Positions 1-10,563 of a stretch of 24,493 nt of DNA are shown one piece after another. Positions within the stretch are counted from its first letter, which is position 1; each line of letters opens with the position of its first letter. Origin of the DNA: Alloascoidea hylecoeti (Eukaryota); the NCBI GenBank assembly GCA_001600815.1, contig BCKZ01000009.1, forward strand, positions 62,001 to 86,493. Direction: 5' to 3'. The notes beneath the pieces are model-generated. The model had not been told where the DNA came from and ran no database searches. It saw only the letters and a program-made list of their open reading frames with translations. The position numbers were made by a program, and so were the translations under genes.

Positions 1-463
1 CCTAAACTAGCTATTACGTAATCATTCGCTGGTTCTCAGGAAAAGGCGATTAAAAGTTCTACCACCGAGGATCAATACATTTCTTTCTTGATTTTAGATA
101 CTATTTTTCTAGTTATAGTCTCTGATGCTAAATAGTTTCAATAAAATGGATAGTTTTGTCTAAAGGAGGGATTGTTGAATGAGCGATAGATAAAGTTTTC
201 TATGACACAAACACAATTAACAAATCATAATGTTGAACAATAAATAAAACATATGGTGAATATATATATGGCATAATACAACTCTGAAGAGAATGAATTC
301 AATTTATTTATAACAGTATGGTATTCAAAATGATTTTTTCGTCCCAACAAAATTTCAATTATAATGGGGAAAATATGTCTTAAAGCTTCACATGCATTCA
401 ATCATTTTCGAGTTTGCTCATCCCAAACACAAACACCATCTTATGCTTTTGGCTTATCGTTGA

Positions 464-2378
464 ATGTTCAAAAAACTATTATTGACCGTTATTCCGACTG
501 TTCTCGTATGCTCTAATATATTTATATTAATATATCAATATAGTATAACTAATTTTCTTTCTTTTTTAGGATCATATACCTCCGCCACTGTGGAAACTTG
601 GAGTACTAATCATTGATGTCTTTGTGTTTTGGATTAAAGTAAGAAGCTACACTTTTATATAAATCGATATTTAAATGGAAACCAAATATGATATACTAAC
701 TTCGAGGATATAAATTAGAAAATCATTCATTTCTGGACACAAACGAGTCCTATAAGACAATTAAAACAACAACTTGATCATGCGACTACATATCAAGAAT
801 GGGAGGTAAGTAAATGATAATCCAATTCCTATTTAGACTATCATTCCAATAATGTTAATATATTCTAACTTTTACTTTGCTCATATTAGGCGAGTGCTTT
901 TTATATGGATAGATTGACTGGTGGTGACCTATGGTATGTTTTAAAAATGTCGAACTAATGATCATGAATTACGATTAACTGATTGGTTTAGGAGACATAA
1001 TTTCAGTAGTAAGAAATATGATTATCGTTTAATATCAGAAAAATTAAAATCCTTAAGAGAAGCAAGAGAAGATAATGATGCTTATAGACTTGTTAGCATA
1101 TTCCGTTCAGGTCTATTACGAAATTTTGGTAGTATAACAAAAAAAGAATTATATAATAGAGCATATGCTGGTACAAAAACATTAATTGAAGATTATATTT
1201 CAGAAGTTTTATTATGTCTAAAATATCTTAATGATTGGTCTGTTTCGACAACAATGTCATTTAACCAAATGAAATTAGATTTTTATCATGATGCAAAACA
1301 ATCTTTTGGCTCAACGGCTTTAGCTTTACAAGGTGGAGCATTATTTGGATTATGTCATCTAGGTGTTGTTAAAGCATTATATTTTAAAGGTTTATTACCA
1401 AAGATTATATCCGGTACAACTGTTGGAGCAGCTGTTGCTGCTTTAGCATGTACACAAACAAATGAAGAACTTGCAATAATATTAAATAATGCACCAAAAT
1501 TAATCTCTAAACTTGATAATGATAATGTTGATGAAAAATATGGTAGTATATTTAAACAAATTATCAATAAAGGTTATTCACAAGATGTTTTATCATTTTT
1601 AAAATATGTTAAATTAATAATTGGTGATATGACATTTGAAGAATCATATATTAAAACTGAAAGAATTTTAAATATTGTTATACATCCAACAAGAAAATCA
1701 GTTCCATCATTATTAAATTATTTAACATCACCAAATACAATAATTTGGTCTGCAATAAATGCAAGTATTGGTACAGGAATATTAAATGAAAAAGTTGATT
1801 TATATGTTAGAGATCATAATAATAATATTGTTATTTGGCATGAATTTCATGGTACTGAAAAAAGTATAATTAAATATTTACCACCACAAAATGCAAGACC
1901 ATATGATAGAGAATCTCCATATACAAGAATGTCTGAATTATTTAATGTTAATCATTTTGTTGTATCATTAGCAAGACCATATCTTGCACCATTATTATCA
2001 ATGGATACAAAACATATAAATGGTTGGAAAATAAAAAGAATTTTAAAAACTTTATTATCATTAGAATTTCAACATAGATTATGGCAATTAGATAAATTTG
2101 GTTTATTATCTGGTTTTATAAAAAGATTTATTGTTGATGATAAAACTCCAAGAACTGGTTTTGAAGTTACAATTGTACCTGAATTAAGAACATTAGTAAA
2201 AGATTTTAAAAGAGTTTTTGATATACACAATGTTGAAGAAAACGTTGATTATTGGATTTTGGTTGGCGAAAAAAGTGTTTGGCCAATGTTTGTTATATTA
2301 TGGACAAGATGCTCTATTGAATTTGCATTAGATGATTTATATAATGCTCTTAGAAAGAGAAAAGTGAGAAATAGATGA
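464..2378 (+). CDS. TGL3: Patatin-domain triacylglycerol lipase Tgl3 orthologue, 5 exons (464-505, 570-638, 719-805, 890-933, 992-2378), about 542 aa
   Basis: Spliced translation MFKKLLLTVIPTVL-DHIPPPLWKLGVLIIDVFVFWIK-KIIHFW...LDHATTYQEWE-ASAFYMDRLTGGDLW-RHNFSSKKYDY...LLRNFGSI...GTKTLIEDY joins the 1254..2378 ORF in frame. It resembles the S. cerevisiae Tgl3 N-terminus as recalled (LDHIPP..W, G..LWRRNF.S..YD). Patatin motifs are ALALQGGALFGLCHLGV and ESPYTRMSELFNVNHF. All four introns are GT-AG with plausible branch sites. Confidence 0.92.
506..569 (+). other. TGL3 intron 1 (64 nt)
   Basis: GTATGC donor, AACTAAT branch-like site, pyrimidine tract ending TTTTAG; removal gives in-frame ...TVL/DHIPP. 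Confidence 0.8.
639..718 (+). other. TGL3 intron 2 (80 nt)
   Basis: GTAAGA donor, canonical TACTAAC at 694-700, TAG acceptor; frame preserved. Confidence 0.88.
806..889 (+). other. TGL3 intron 3 (84 nt)
   Basis: GTAAGT donor, TTCTAAC at 863-869, TAG acceptor; frame preserved. Confidence 0.88.
934..991 (+). other. TGL3 intron 4 (58 nt, phase 2)
   Basis: GTATGT donor, GATTAAC branch-like site, TTTAG acceptor; splits the TG/G codon of the conserved LW-R. Confidence 0.85.
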
Positions 2379-2412
2379 TTATATTAACATTACTCAAATA
2401 TATATTTATATA

Positions 2413-3333
2413 TTACCTGAAGAATAATTGGACTTGTGCATCTCCATTGACAAGATAAAAATATTCTCTTTCTTGAATTTCATTAATTTTCTCATCATTT
2501 TCATCTATAGATAATGGGACAGTACCACGACTAATCCTTAATATCCCAGTAACATCTTTTGCTCTACCAGTTTCTAAAGGTTTTAAACCAATTATTAATG
2601 ACGCTCTATGAATCATATGAACTAAAAAATCATATTGTTGAAATTCTATACTTGTTTGTTCTGGATGTTTATCAATGTCTATCAATTCCTCATCAATATT
2701 TAATGATACATATAATGATGATGATACTTTTTGTAATGAAAACATAAGTTTTAATAATTGTTTTGAATTGAAAAGATTTGATGATAGTAATATATCTGGA
2801 GCTTCTAAAATAATAGCAGGTTTATTGTTATTGCTATTAGATGATGTAGGTGTTAATTTTGATATAATTGTATATAATTGTTTAAATAAATCATCAATAT
2901 CTTGAAATGGACCAGGTTTATAATTATTTTGTATCCCATTTCCTCTAATTCCATCATTATCAATTTTCATAAAAAGATTAGTTAAACAATCAATAATTAT
3001 TATTTTTCCATTTAATTTATCTAAATCAATACCAAATTTAATTAAATTTTTTTTAAAATAATTAAAATCATTTATAAAAGATATAATAATAATTGGTATT
3101 CCTCTTGTTTTATGAGATAATTTTAATTCATCATTTTTTCTTAAACCTCTATTTAATGAACATGAATCATAAATTATCGATTCAATTAATGTATTTATTA
3201 ACCATGATGGATTAACTCCTTCAATTGATGTTATTAATGATAATGGTTGAGACGATGATAATAAGTATGATGAAGGTAGGATATTTCCATCTTTGAAAAA
3301 TGATAAATCTTGTAATTGAACATTCGATGACAT
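2413..3333 (-). CDS. ELP6: Elongator complex subunit 6 (about 306 aa; likely start at MSSNVQLQDL rather than the upstream ATG at 3411)
   Basis: VQLQDLSFF..G.ILP, PSWLINTLIE, ISFINDFNYF, IILEAPDILL, LKPLETGRAKDVTGILRISRG and EREYFY...VQLFFR match the yeast Elp6 pattern. The gene is convergent with TGL3, as in S. cerevisiae. Confidence 0.9.
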   Translation of the reverse strand: MSSNVQLQDLSFFKDGNILPSSYLLSSSQPLSLITSIEGVNPSWLINTLIESIIYDSCSLNRGLRKNDELKLSHKTRGIPIIIISFINDFNYFKKNLIKFGIDLDKLNGKIIIIDCLTNLFMKIDNDGIRGNGIQNNYKPGPFQDIDDLFKQLYTIISKLTPTSSNSNNNKPAIILEAPDILLSSNLFNSKQLLKLMFSLQKVSSSLYVSLNIDEELIDIDKHPEQTSIEFQQYDFLVHMIHRASLIIGLKPLETGRAKDVTGILRISRGTVPLSIDENDEKINEIQEREYFYLVNGDAQVQLFFR

Positions 3334-3479
3334 TTTTTTATGATGATGATTATTGTTAAATCTTAATGAATTTTTTTTTGGAACAGATGTTTGGTGGTTT
3401 GAAAAATTCATACTGCAAAATAAAAAGATTTTTCAGAGTTTCTTTTCATAAAACATCAGTAGAATAGAGAAAAAAAAAA

Positions 3480-4799
3480 ATGACTTCTGTTTTATCAGCA
3501 AGATTACCACTTGCCCCAGCTGACAAAGCGGCAGGTGCTCCATTCAATTTAACAAGTGGATATACAGGCCCTGTTAAGAGACCAATTGAACCTGTTGGAA
3601 GATATTTCTTAGCCCATGCTAGTAGAGCTTTAAGAGGACACACCTGGTCCGAATATGAGAAAATCGAAGCAGAAAATAACGTTAAAAAGGTTGATGAGTC
3701 TCCTGAGGATACCGAAGAAGAGGAACCAGAGGATCCTGAAATGCTAGAGAGAGATCCAAAGGATTGGAAAAACCAAGATCATTATGCTGTTTTGGGTTTG
3801 TCTAAATACAGGTACAAAGCAAATGAAGAACAAATTAGAAAAGCTCACAGAAAGAAGGTCTTAAAACATCATCCTGATAAAAAAGGTGGTGAAAAAGGTG
3901 GTCTTGATAAAGATGGATTTTTCAAATGTATTCAAAAAGCCTATGAAATCTTAATGGATACTGAAAAAAGAAGACAATGGGATTCAGTTGATAAAGGAGC
4001 TGATGTTCCAAAACCAACATCTAAATCAAAAGGTGATTTCTTTGAATTATGGGGACCTGTTTTTGAATCAGAGGCTAGATTTTCGATGAAACATCCAGTT
4101 CCTCAACTTGGAAATAAAGATACACCAAAAGCTGAAGTTGAACGTTTTTATAGTTGGTGGTATAAATTTGATTCTTGGAGATCATTTGAATATTTAGATG
4201 AAGAAACTCCTGATGATTCAAGTAATAGAGATAATAAACGTTATATTGAAAAGAAAAATAATAATGCTAGAAAGAAGAAGAAGACTGAAGATAATTCAAG
4301 ATTACAAAAACTTGTTTCTGAAGCAATTGGTTTAGATCCTAGAATTGCACTTTTCAAAAAACAAGAAAAGGAAGAAAAAGCTAGAAAGAAGTGGGAAAGA
4401 GAAGCTGGTGCGAGAAAAGCAGCCGAGGAAGCAAAAGCTAAAAAGGAAGCTGAAGAAAAAGCTAAAAAAGAAGCTGAAGAAAATGCCAAAAATTCAAAAC
4501 AATCTGCTAAGAAAGCTAAAGAAGCCGCAAAGAATGCTAAAAAGAAGAATAAACGTGCTATTAGAGGTAGTGCTAAAGCTGTAAATTACTTTGGTGATGC
4601 TAGTCATACTGCTGATATTGATGCGGATATTGATTTATTAATTGCTAAATTTGATGATACTCAATTACATGATGTTGCAAAGAAAGTTGATGGTGTTAAA
4701 GACTCTGATGCAGTTAAGGCTGCTTTCACTGAGGTTGTTTCTAGTTTAACCGCCTCTAAAAAGCTCACTGCTGGAGAGCTCAAGTTTTTTAAAGCTTAG
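3480..4799 (+). CDS. ZUO1: Zuotin, J-domain subunit of the ribosome-associated complex (439 aa)
   Basis: RPIEPVGRYFLAHA, RDPKDWKNQDHYAVLGLSKYRY, J-domain HPD (KHHPDK), FDSWRSFEYLDE, DPRI and a Lys/Glu/Ala-rich RAC head region. Confidence 0.98.
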   Translation: MTSVLSARLPLAPADKAAGAPFNLTSGYTGPVKRPIEPVGRYFLAHASRALRGHTWSEYEKIEAENNVKKVDESPEDTEEEEPEDPEMLERDPKDWKNQDHYAVLGLSKYRYKANEEQIRKAHRKKVLKHHPDKKGGEKGGLDKDGFFKCIQKAYEILMDTEKRRQWDSVDKGADVPKPTSKSKGDFFELWGPVFESEARFSMKHPVPQLGNKDTPKAEVERFYSWWYKFDSWRSFEYLDEETPDDSSNRDNKRYIEKKNNNARKKKKTEDNSRLQKLVSEAIGLDPRIALFKKQEKEEKARKKWEREAGARKAAEEAKAKKEAEEKAKKEAEENAKNSKQSAKKAKEAAKNAKKKNKRAIRGSAKAVNYFGDASHTADIDADIDLLIAKFDDTQLHDVAKKVDGVKDSDAVKAAFTEVVSSLTASKKLTAGELKFFKA

Positions 4800-6519
4800 T
4801 TGAACAATTTTTTGAACAATTTTTTGAATAGTTTTATTAAATAAGGTCAATTCATATTTACTACTTTAAAGCCATGTTTTATAAATCGTAGAGTGTGAAA
4901 CCGCTAATTATAAACTTGTTGAATATTTAAAACAAATCTTGAAATTAGGACAATAATGTTCCTAATCATGAATCGTAAACTATTTTTTATAAATATGTAG
5001 CCTAGTTGGTGAAAATATGCTCTCTCCGTGAGTCGTGAATCAGCCATTTAATGTAATGGGTGTAAGATCCAGTCAGTACTGCAATGGGAACAAGTTTTTA
5101 ATACGTTAAATACAAAGTGAGCAATTTCCTTCTCATTTAAAATATTATCACTATCTCAACCATTTAATTTTTAATCTTTTATGATTTTTATCTAAGGTTT
5201 GGGCCAATTTTCTCACCTCTAAACTTCTTTGGATTATTAATTACTTTTTTACAATGAGCACTACAAACACTAATTTCTCTTTCCTCAAATTTCAAATCCA
5301 AAAGCTCCAGTCAATACCTGTGTGCATAATCATATATATCATCTCCAATGGTCAGAGCTACATTATTTACTACATCCAAAAGGTAAGCGAAGCACTCAAT
5401 CACACATCTCATACTTTAAATGAAACCGGTATGAAGTTACGGGTAAGCAATGTATCTATTCTTTGGTTTTTGTCACACATCTTTAATGTTTCTTTTTTTC
5501 TACACGCTAGATGCGCATTACTGGCTAACACTAGTGAAGACCGAAGACAATGGGGGTCCCTTATTCATCTCTAACATCAAAGAGGGTCGGACCTCAACCA
5601 TTTCATGCTACCCAAATGTTTAGTTCACCTTTTCCAAGTTCTGGTTTTCCTGTTTTATTTTTTTTTCTCGTTCTCTCTTTTCTGTATTACGAGGTTGCCA
5701 CCAAATGCTCAACATATAAAAGGTCTACTTCCAGGTCAAACATCCACAGTTAGCTACACAAGGTGTAACTTATCAAGCACCATTTACCACACACATCGCT
5801 TGATGCACATTCCTACCATCCACTTCCGGCCACTGCCATAGGTTTTACGTGTGTGTGTGTAGATGAAAGTTTTGAAAAAGGAAGAACCTTATATATAATA
5901 AAGTTTATACTGGTACATGACTTTCTTTGAAAAATGTAAACCGTATATAGAGGAACCATTATTATAGTAAATATCAATAAAAATAGAATACCTTAGTATC
6001 TTTTTTTCTTCGATAAATTAGTTTAATGAATTGAAAGATGGTCTAAATACTCTACCTCTCTACCTGTGCTGGATATTGACTAATTAAATCCCATCTAACG
6101 CTAATTAATTTCCGGCACATAAAAAAAAAATAGTTTTCAAATACCCTGTAAGCAATTTAATGGTCTCACATAGCACTACCAAATGTTTCTAGGTAATTAT
6201 GCTAAATATATATCTGCAGGATCACTAATTAGATTCTAAAGGGAAGGCTAATAGATATACGGCACGCAGATTAACTCCCAGACTTATCGCCAATAATTTT
6301 CGAAAATAGCGCTATTAATAGGTGTGGAAGGACTTTAAGAAAGATTTAATTACACCAATTATTCATATATTATTTAAATTTCTTGTAGACTATACGTAGT
6401 CACCATATCTATATATAAGAAAAAAACACTTTCAAATATTATATACTCCGTTCCCTAAATATATTAAATGGATCAATAATCATATTTTTTATTTAATACA
6501 TGAATAATTTCATTTATTG

Positions 6520-6738
6520 TTTCTAAATTTCTAATAGTTATTGAGTTTTGTTTTAATAAACTATTGAAAATCATTAAACGTAAAATATTAAGATTTTTTC
6601 CTTGAGAAGAATTAATATTGGATACTTCTGATATATTATGATCAAGATGTTCCTTTGATAATCCAAGAGCTTCTGCAACACATTTAACAGAATTGATATA
6701 ATTATCAATACGTCCATAAGATTCTATATCCTTTAATC
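6520..6738. repeat. Diverged direct repeat, copy 2 (partner 7582-7796)
   Basis: Colinear matches such as AAAATCATTAAACGTAA, TTGAGAAGAATTA, GATACTTCTGATAT, ATAATTATCAATAC and TCTATATCCTTTAA occur in both segments. Confidence 0.9.
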
Positions 6739-6774
6739 CATAAAAATTTCATCATCCGATTCGGGCCATAATGT

Positions 6775-7025
6775 TTGTGGTTGATGTAGTTGATCTCGTT
6801 GTTGTTGTTCTAATTGTTCTAGTTGTTTATGTTGTTTTTGATGATTTTCTTCCAATTGTAATTGTTTTTGCAATCCTAGTTGTTGATGTTGTTGTTCTTC
6901 AGATTGTTGTAGTTGTTTTTGTAGTCCAAGCTGTTCTTCTACTAGTTGTTGACGTTGTCGTTCTTCCCGTTGCTTCATTTGTAGTAGTTCTCGTTGTTGT
7001 TCTTCCAGTTTTTGTTGCATTTGTT
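6775..7025 (-). repeat. CAA-rich low-complexity tract encoding a Gln/Glu/Leu-rich segment
   Basis: Imperfect (TTG)n on the + strand; translates QKQMQQKLEEQQ...QQLGLQKQLQQ...QQLGLQKQLQL with an internal repeat. Confidence 0.85.
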
Positions 7026-7581
7026 TTTGAATGTCTCCGTTGTTGATTTTTGCATCCGTAAAATCTTTTTTAAGTATTCCGATTTCTTCTTGAGCTGTAA
7101 GATATTTCTTTGGGGTTGCATAAAATGATTTTCCATCAGAACTAGGAATATCCAATATTTTATCATAATCAATTGCAGCTGTAATTGATACATTGGGATT
7201 TGGTGAATATTGAGTAACTGTCGCTTTCACGATCGTTTCATTTGAGTGTACCATTGATGCCTTCTCTTTCCTGAAAATATCAGGCTGTAGCAATGTAAGA
7301 TCCCCATTTAATGTTACTGTAGCTGAAGAATTAGTCCTTTTCAAATCATCCAAAGATTCTTTTAAATCAGAAACTTCTGAAGCATCTTTCAAGGATGAAG
7401 GTAACAAAGGCTTTAATTTATTATTTTTATTTAAATAAAATAATGATAAACCAGTAATTTTTCTCTTAATTATTTCACAAAACTCTTTATACACTGGATC
7501 ATAACCAGTTATAAATTTCAAATGAATTTTCCATACCAACTTCATATTTTTCAATAAAAATTTTAATAATTTCATTAATTG

Positions 7582-7796
7582 TTTTTAAATTTCTAATAAT
7601 TATTGAATCTTCTTTTGATAAACTGTTTAAAATCATTAAACGTAACATATGAAGGTCCTTTCGTTGAGAAGAATTAGATACTTCTGATATTTTGTAATCA
7701 AGATTTTCTTTTAATAATCTAAGTGCTTCTGCATTACATTTAATAGAGTCGATATATAATTATCAATACCTCCATAAGACTCTATATCCTTTAACC
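7582..7796. repeat. Diverged direct repeat, copy 1 (partner 6520-6738)
   Basis: Same colinear matches as listed for the partner copy. Confidence 0.9.
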
Positions 7797-8712
7797 TAAT
7801 AATTTCAGGGGGCGATTCCAATGCATTAACATTATAGGTAACAAACTCAATAGGAGTCATCTCAGACCAAGTAGATGACATATTATTATCAAAAACGTTA
7901 TCTGAAACAAAAAAAATTTCGTCAGATTTTGTTTTACCATTATTTTGGGATTCATCAGTGGATTTCATATTTGCGATGTAGAGTAAACTGTAAATAAGAT
8001 AAGGATGAATTTATAGCGGTGAGTTGTAACTTTCTTAGGTGGTAGTTATCAACTTGGAACTTGAAATCTCTACGTAATGATTATAGTAAAGATGTAGAAA
8101 GAATATAAATTGAGGATTGGACTGAACACCAAGTTTGATAAAATGTGGGGATAACTTTTAGGAGGACTGTTGTGATAAGATACCCTAGACGCAGATGGCT
8201 CCTGCAGTAGATAAACACACCCCAACTTTTATATTAAAAAGTAATATCTCCAAAATGACACAATAACATTTTTTTAAAATTGGTTATATAATTGAAGGAG
8301 TTGTGAAGATTATATCTGTATAAAAATGGTTCTGGTGTGTCGAAAATGGAAAAAAGGCGATGTTTTAAGCTTTTAAGGTTTTGCAAGTAAATGAGCAATT
8401 CGTATTGAAAATTATGATAAACAGTGTGACAGGACTGAATGGCGGATCTAAAGTGACACGGGATAATCTATCATGAACACGCTTAATTTATTTATAATTA
8501 ATATGATTATTGTCAAAACCAGGGATTGACCTCCAAAAACATACCTGCTGGTTAAAAAAGACAGGTTTATATCTCAATTTAGAAGTAGTCTTGAAATGAA
8601 GTGTTATAATAGAAAACACACAACTGAACCTATTGAACATAAATACACTAAATGCGGAGAACTCACCGAATTCAAAGAGGTTATTAAATAAAATATATAG
8701 ACTTTCAATATA

Positions 8713-9956
8713 TTATAAATGCTTTAAATATTTTTTCCTTAGACTAACAGTAAAATCATAGATTAAAACATCATAACTCTCACTAAAACCAACTAGCCTT
8801 TTCGAATCAACATATTTTAAAGGACGCCAATTTAAATTTAGATCTTAATATGAAGTTTCTGGGTCGTTAAATTCTTTAAATAATTTTGGATCATTTAAAT
8901 TCCAAATCTTGGCAATCGAAATGAGTTTATTATTAATAAAAATGCCTACATCATCTCAATCTGATAAAATATTTGGTTCATTTGTTTGTAAATTGAAAAC
9001 TGTTAGTTTTTTGCTGTAGCTAACAAATAAGTATTGATCGTTCACTGCAAAGATACTCAAAGCATCAAATCGAAATTCTTGGATTATTTGACCAGTTTCA
9101 ATATTCCAGGTTCTTATAACCCCAGTATCTTTACTATATATGATACCCATTATGTACGTAAATATCATCATTAATCCATACTTCTCCTTTTATACGGAGA
9201 TGTAAATTAAACTTTAGTTGATGTTCCAAATTATCAAGATTAAGACTTGATTTCCAAACCCCAATATATTCACCATTATGACATACAATATAATCATTGT
9301 ATAGATCGAGGCCTCTAATATCATATCAATAAAATCTGAATATGGAAATATCAGACGACCTATAGCTTTAAAGTTTGGTAACTCCCAAACTATACAAGGA
9401 CAATCCCTTGAACCAGAAATCATATATTTATCATTAATATCTTGTAATACAACATCACCGGAATGAGTCATGGCATCACTCTTTTCTTTTAACTCCGACA
9501 ATTATATTTCTGAAATTTGTTGAAAATTGTATGGTTTTCCCAATACCTTTAAAAATTGATAAGTTTCATTATTCTGAACTCTTATTGTGCAATCGTCTGA
9601 ACCAGTTATAATCCAGTTTTAAAAACTTTAACTACCACGTTTGGCCAGAATGACCTCTTAATTGATGCTTTGTAAATTTACTCTTTTTTCCAATTTGATT
9701 TCAATAGATAACGTTCTTTGTATAATCCTTACCAAGAATCGGTTTCTGAATCATTATTGTATTTCCAATATTTTTCATCTTTAAACTTTGATTTCCATAT
9801 ATCATCATTTTCAGCTATGTGTTTCCATGATTTAGACACTCTTCTACAATTAAGTAAAGTTTTTGGTGACAATTCTATGAATATTATTTGAGATATTTCA
9901 TAAGGGAGATCGGAAACAGAATCTAATGTTATCTTAAGATTTTTGTGTAAGGACAT
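8713..9956 (-). pseudogene. F-box/WD40 paralogue A, full-length but disrupted
   Basis: F-box (SDLPYEISQIIFIELSPKTLLNCRRVSKSWK) followed by a premature TAA at 9729-9731 and several frameshifts. ORF fragments 9214..9501 and 8956..9171 match paralogue E, and the gene ends YLKHL* at 8713 like E. Confidence 0.92.
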
Positions 9957-10057
9957 ATTGAAATTGCAAATGGTAACTATATTCGCAATTGTTAATAATA
10001 CCGTGACTTTTCAAATAACAAAAGAAAAGAAGAAGAAAAGGGGGTTATGAACTTTTT

Positions 10058-10074
10058 TAAATACCTATTTCTGT
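10058..10074 (-). promoter_or_regulatory. Upstream motif shared by F-box/WD40 paralogues (ACAGAAATAGGTATTTA on the coding strand), putative core promoter
   Basis: Identical 17-mer at 10058-10074 (upstream of A) and 16803-16819 (upstream of E); related sequence at about 13232-13280 upstream of C on the + strand. Confidence 0.55.
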
Positions 10075-10452
10075 GAAATCTAGTAAACGTGGTGTACGAA
10101 TAGACGTGTTTGTGAGTGATCTTAGTTTAAGAACTCCCACCACCCCATAAATAACATTTTACTATATCAACCACCAACACACCAAAAAATATGTATTAAC
10201 TGAATATTTTATATGAATAAACTACTCATCCAAATAGATTCTTCTTACAATTTTCTATGCATTTCATTGTTTTTAATTGAATGTTGACGGGTTTTTTTCT
10301 TTTTTATCATGGGCCTGTTTTAGATCGTATTTATCTGGAGTGCAATAAGTTTTCCTGTTTCAATCTTATAGATCATTGTTGGGCATTATCGCCTTGCCTC
10401 TCCTACCCTTACTTTATTGTGTTTTTTGGGGTTTAAAGAGCTATACCCTGCT

Positions 10453-10563
10453 AAACTTTTTAATGCTTAAGAGTATTAGGAAAACTAATCCATGAACTTT
10501 CAAGACACTTATTCTCAGACACTTGGATATTAATGATAAAAAATTAGTTTTTGGTTCATTAGA
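10453..10563 (+). pseudogene. Short relic of an F-box/WD40 paralogue (G)
   Basis: Encodes CLRVLGK and, after a deletion, LDINDKKLVFGSL (compare CLRVLGKP and LDINDKYLVSCSL in paralogue B). Confidence 0.65.

Larger units (their letters stand above)
6493..7968 (-). pseudogene. Frameshifted gene with two copies of a putative Ty1/copia Gag (UBN2-like) domain flanking a linker and a Gln-rich coiled-coil
   Basis: The 7711..7968 and 6733..7575 ORFs are linked by frameshifts. Removing an extra 2 nt at about 7753-7758 gives LKDIESYGGIDNYIDSIKCNAEALRLLKENLDYKISEVSNSSQRKDLHMLRLMILNSLSKEDSIIIRNLKTINEIIKIFIEKYE. A second copy at 6739-6493 reads GLKDIESYGRIDNYINSVKCVAEALGLSKEHLDH...LRLMIFNSLLKQNSITIRNLETIMKLFMY*. 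The Gag assignment rests on motif pattern only. Confidence 0.55.

Noticed and set aside
1..80. Possible split start codon and first intron of a minus-strand gene (AT|GTATTG...TTTAG|G), perhaps PRE5 by synteny
   Set aside because: No convincing branch site and the coding part would lie outside the window, so it cannot be supported
3334..3411. 26-aa N-terminal extension of ELP6 in the ORF track
   Set aside because: Homology starts at MSSNVQLQDL, and the extension would leave only 68 bp for a shared promoter
1355..4584. Short overlapping or antisense ORFs inside TGL3, ELP6 and ZUO1
   Set aside because: Shadows of real genes with no independent motifs
5254..5841. Three + strand ORFs of 67-106 aa
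   Set aside because: No recognisable domains, mutually overlapping, and composition typical of non-coding DNA
6771..7046. Val-rich 91-aa ORF resembling a membrane peptide
   Set aside because: Antisense reading of the CAA-rich Gln tract
8168..8268. TGTTGTG...CACAATAACA as a possible LTR upstream of the Gag-like gene
   Set aside because: Only about 100 bp, imperfect termini, and no second copy, PBS or target-site duplication seen
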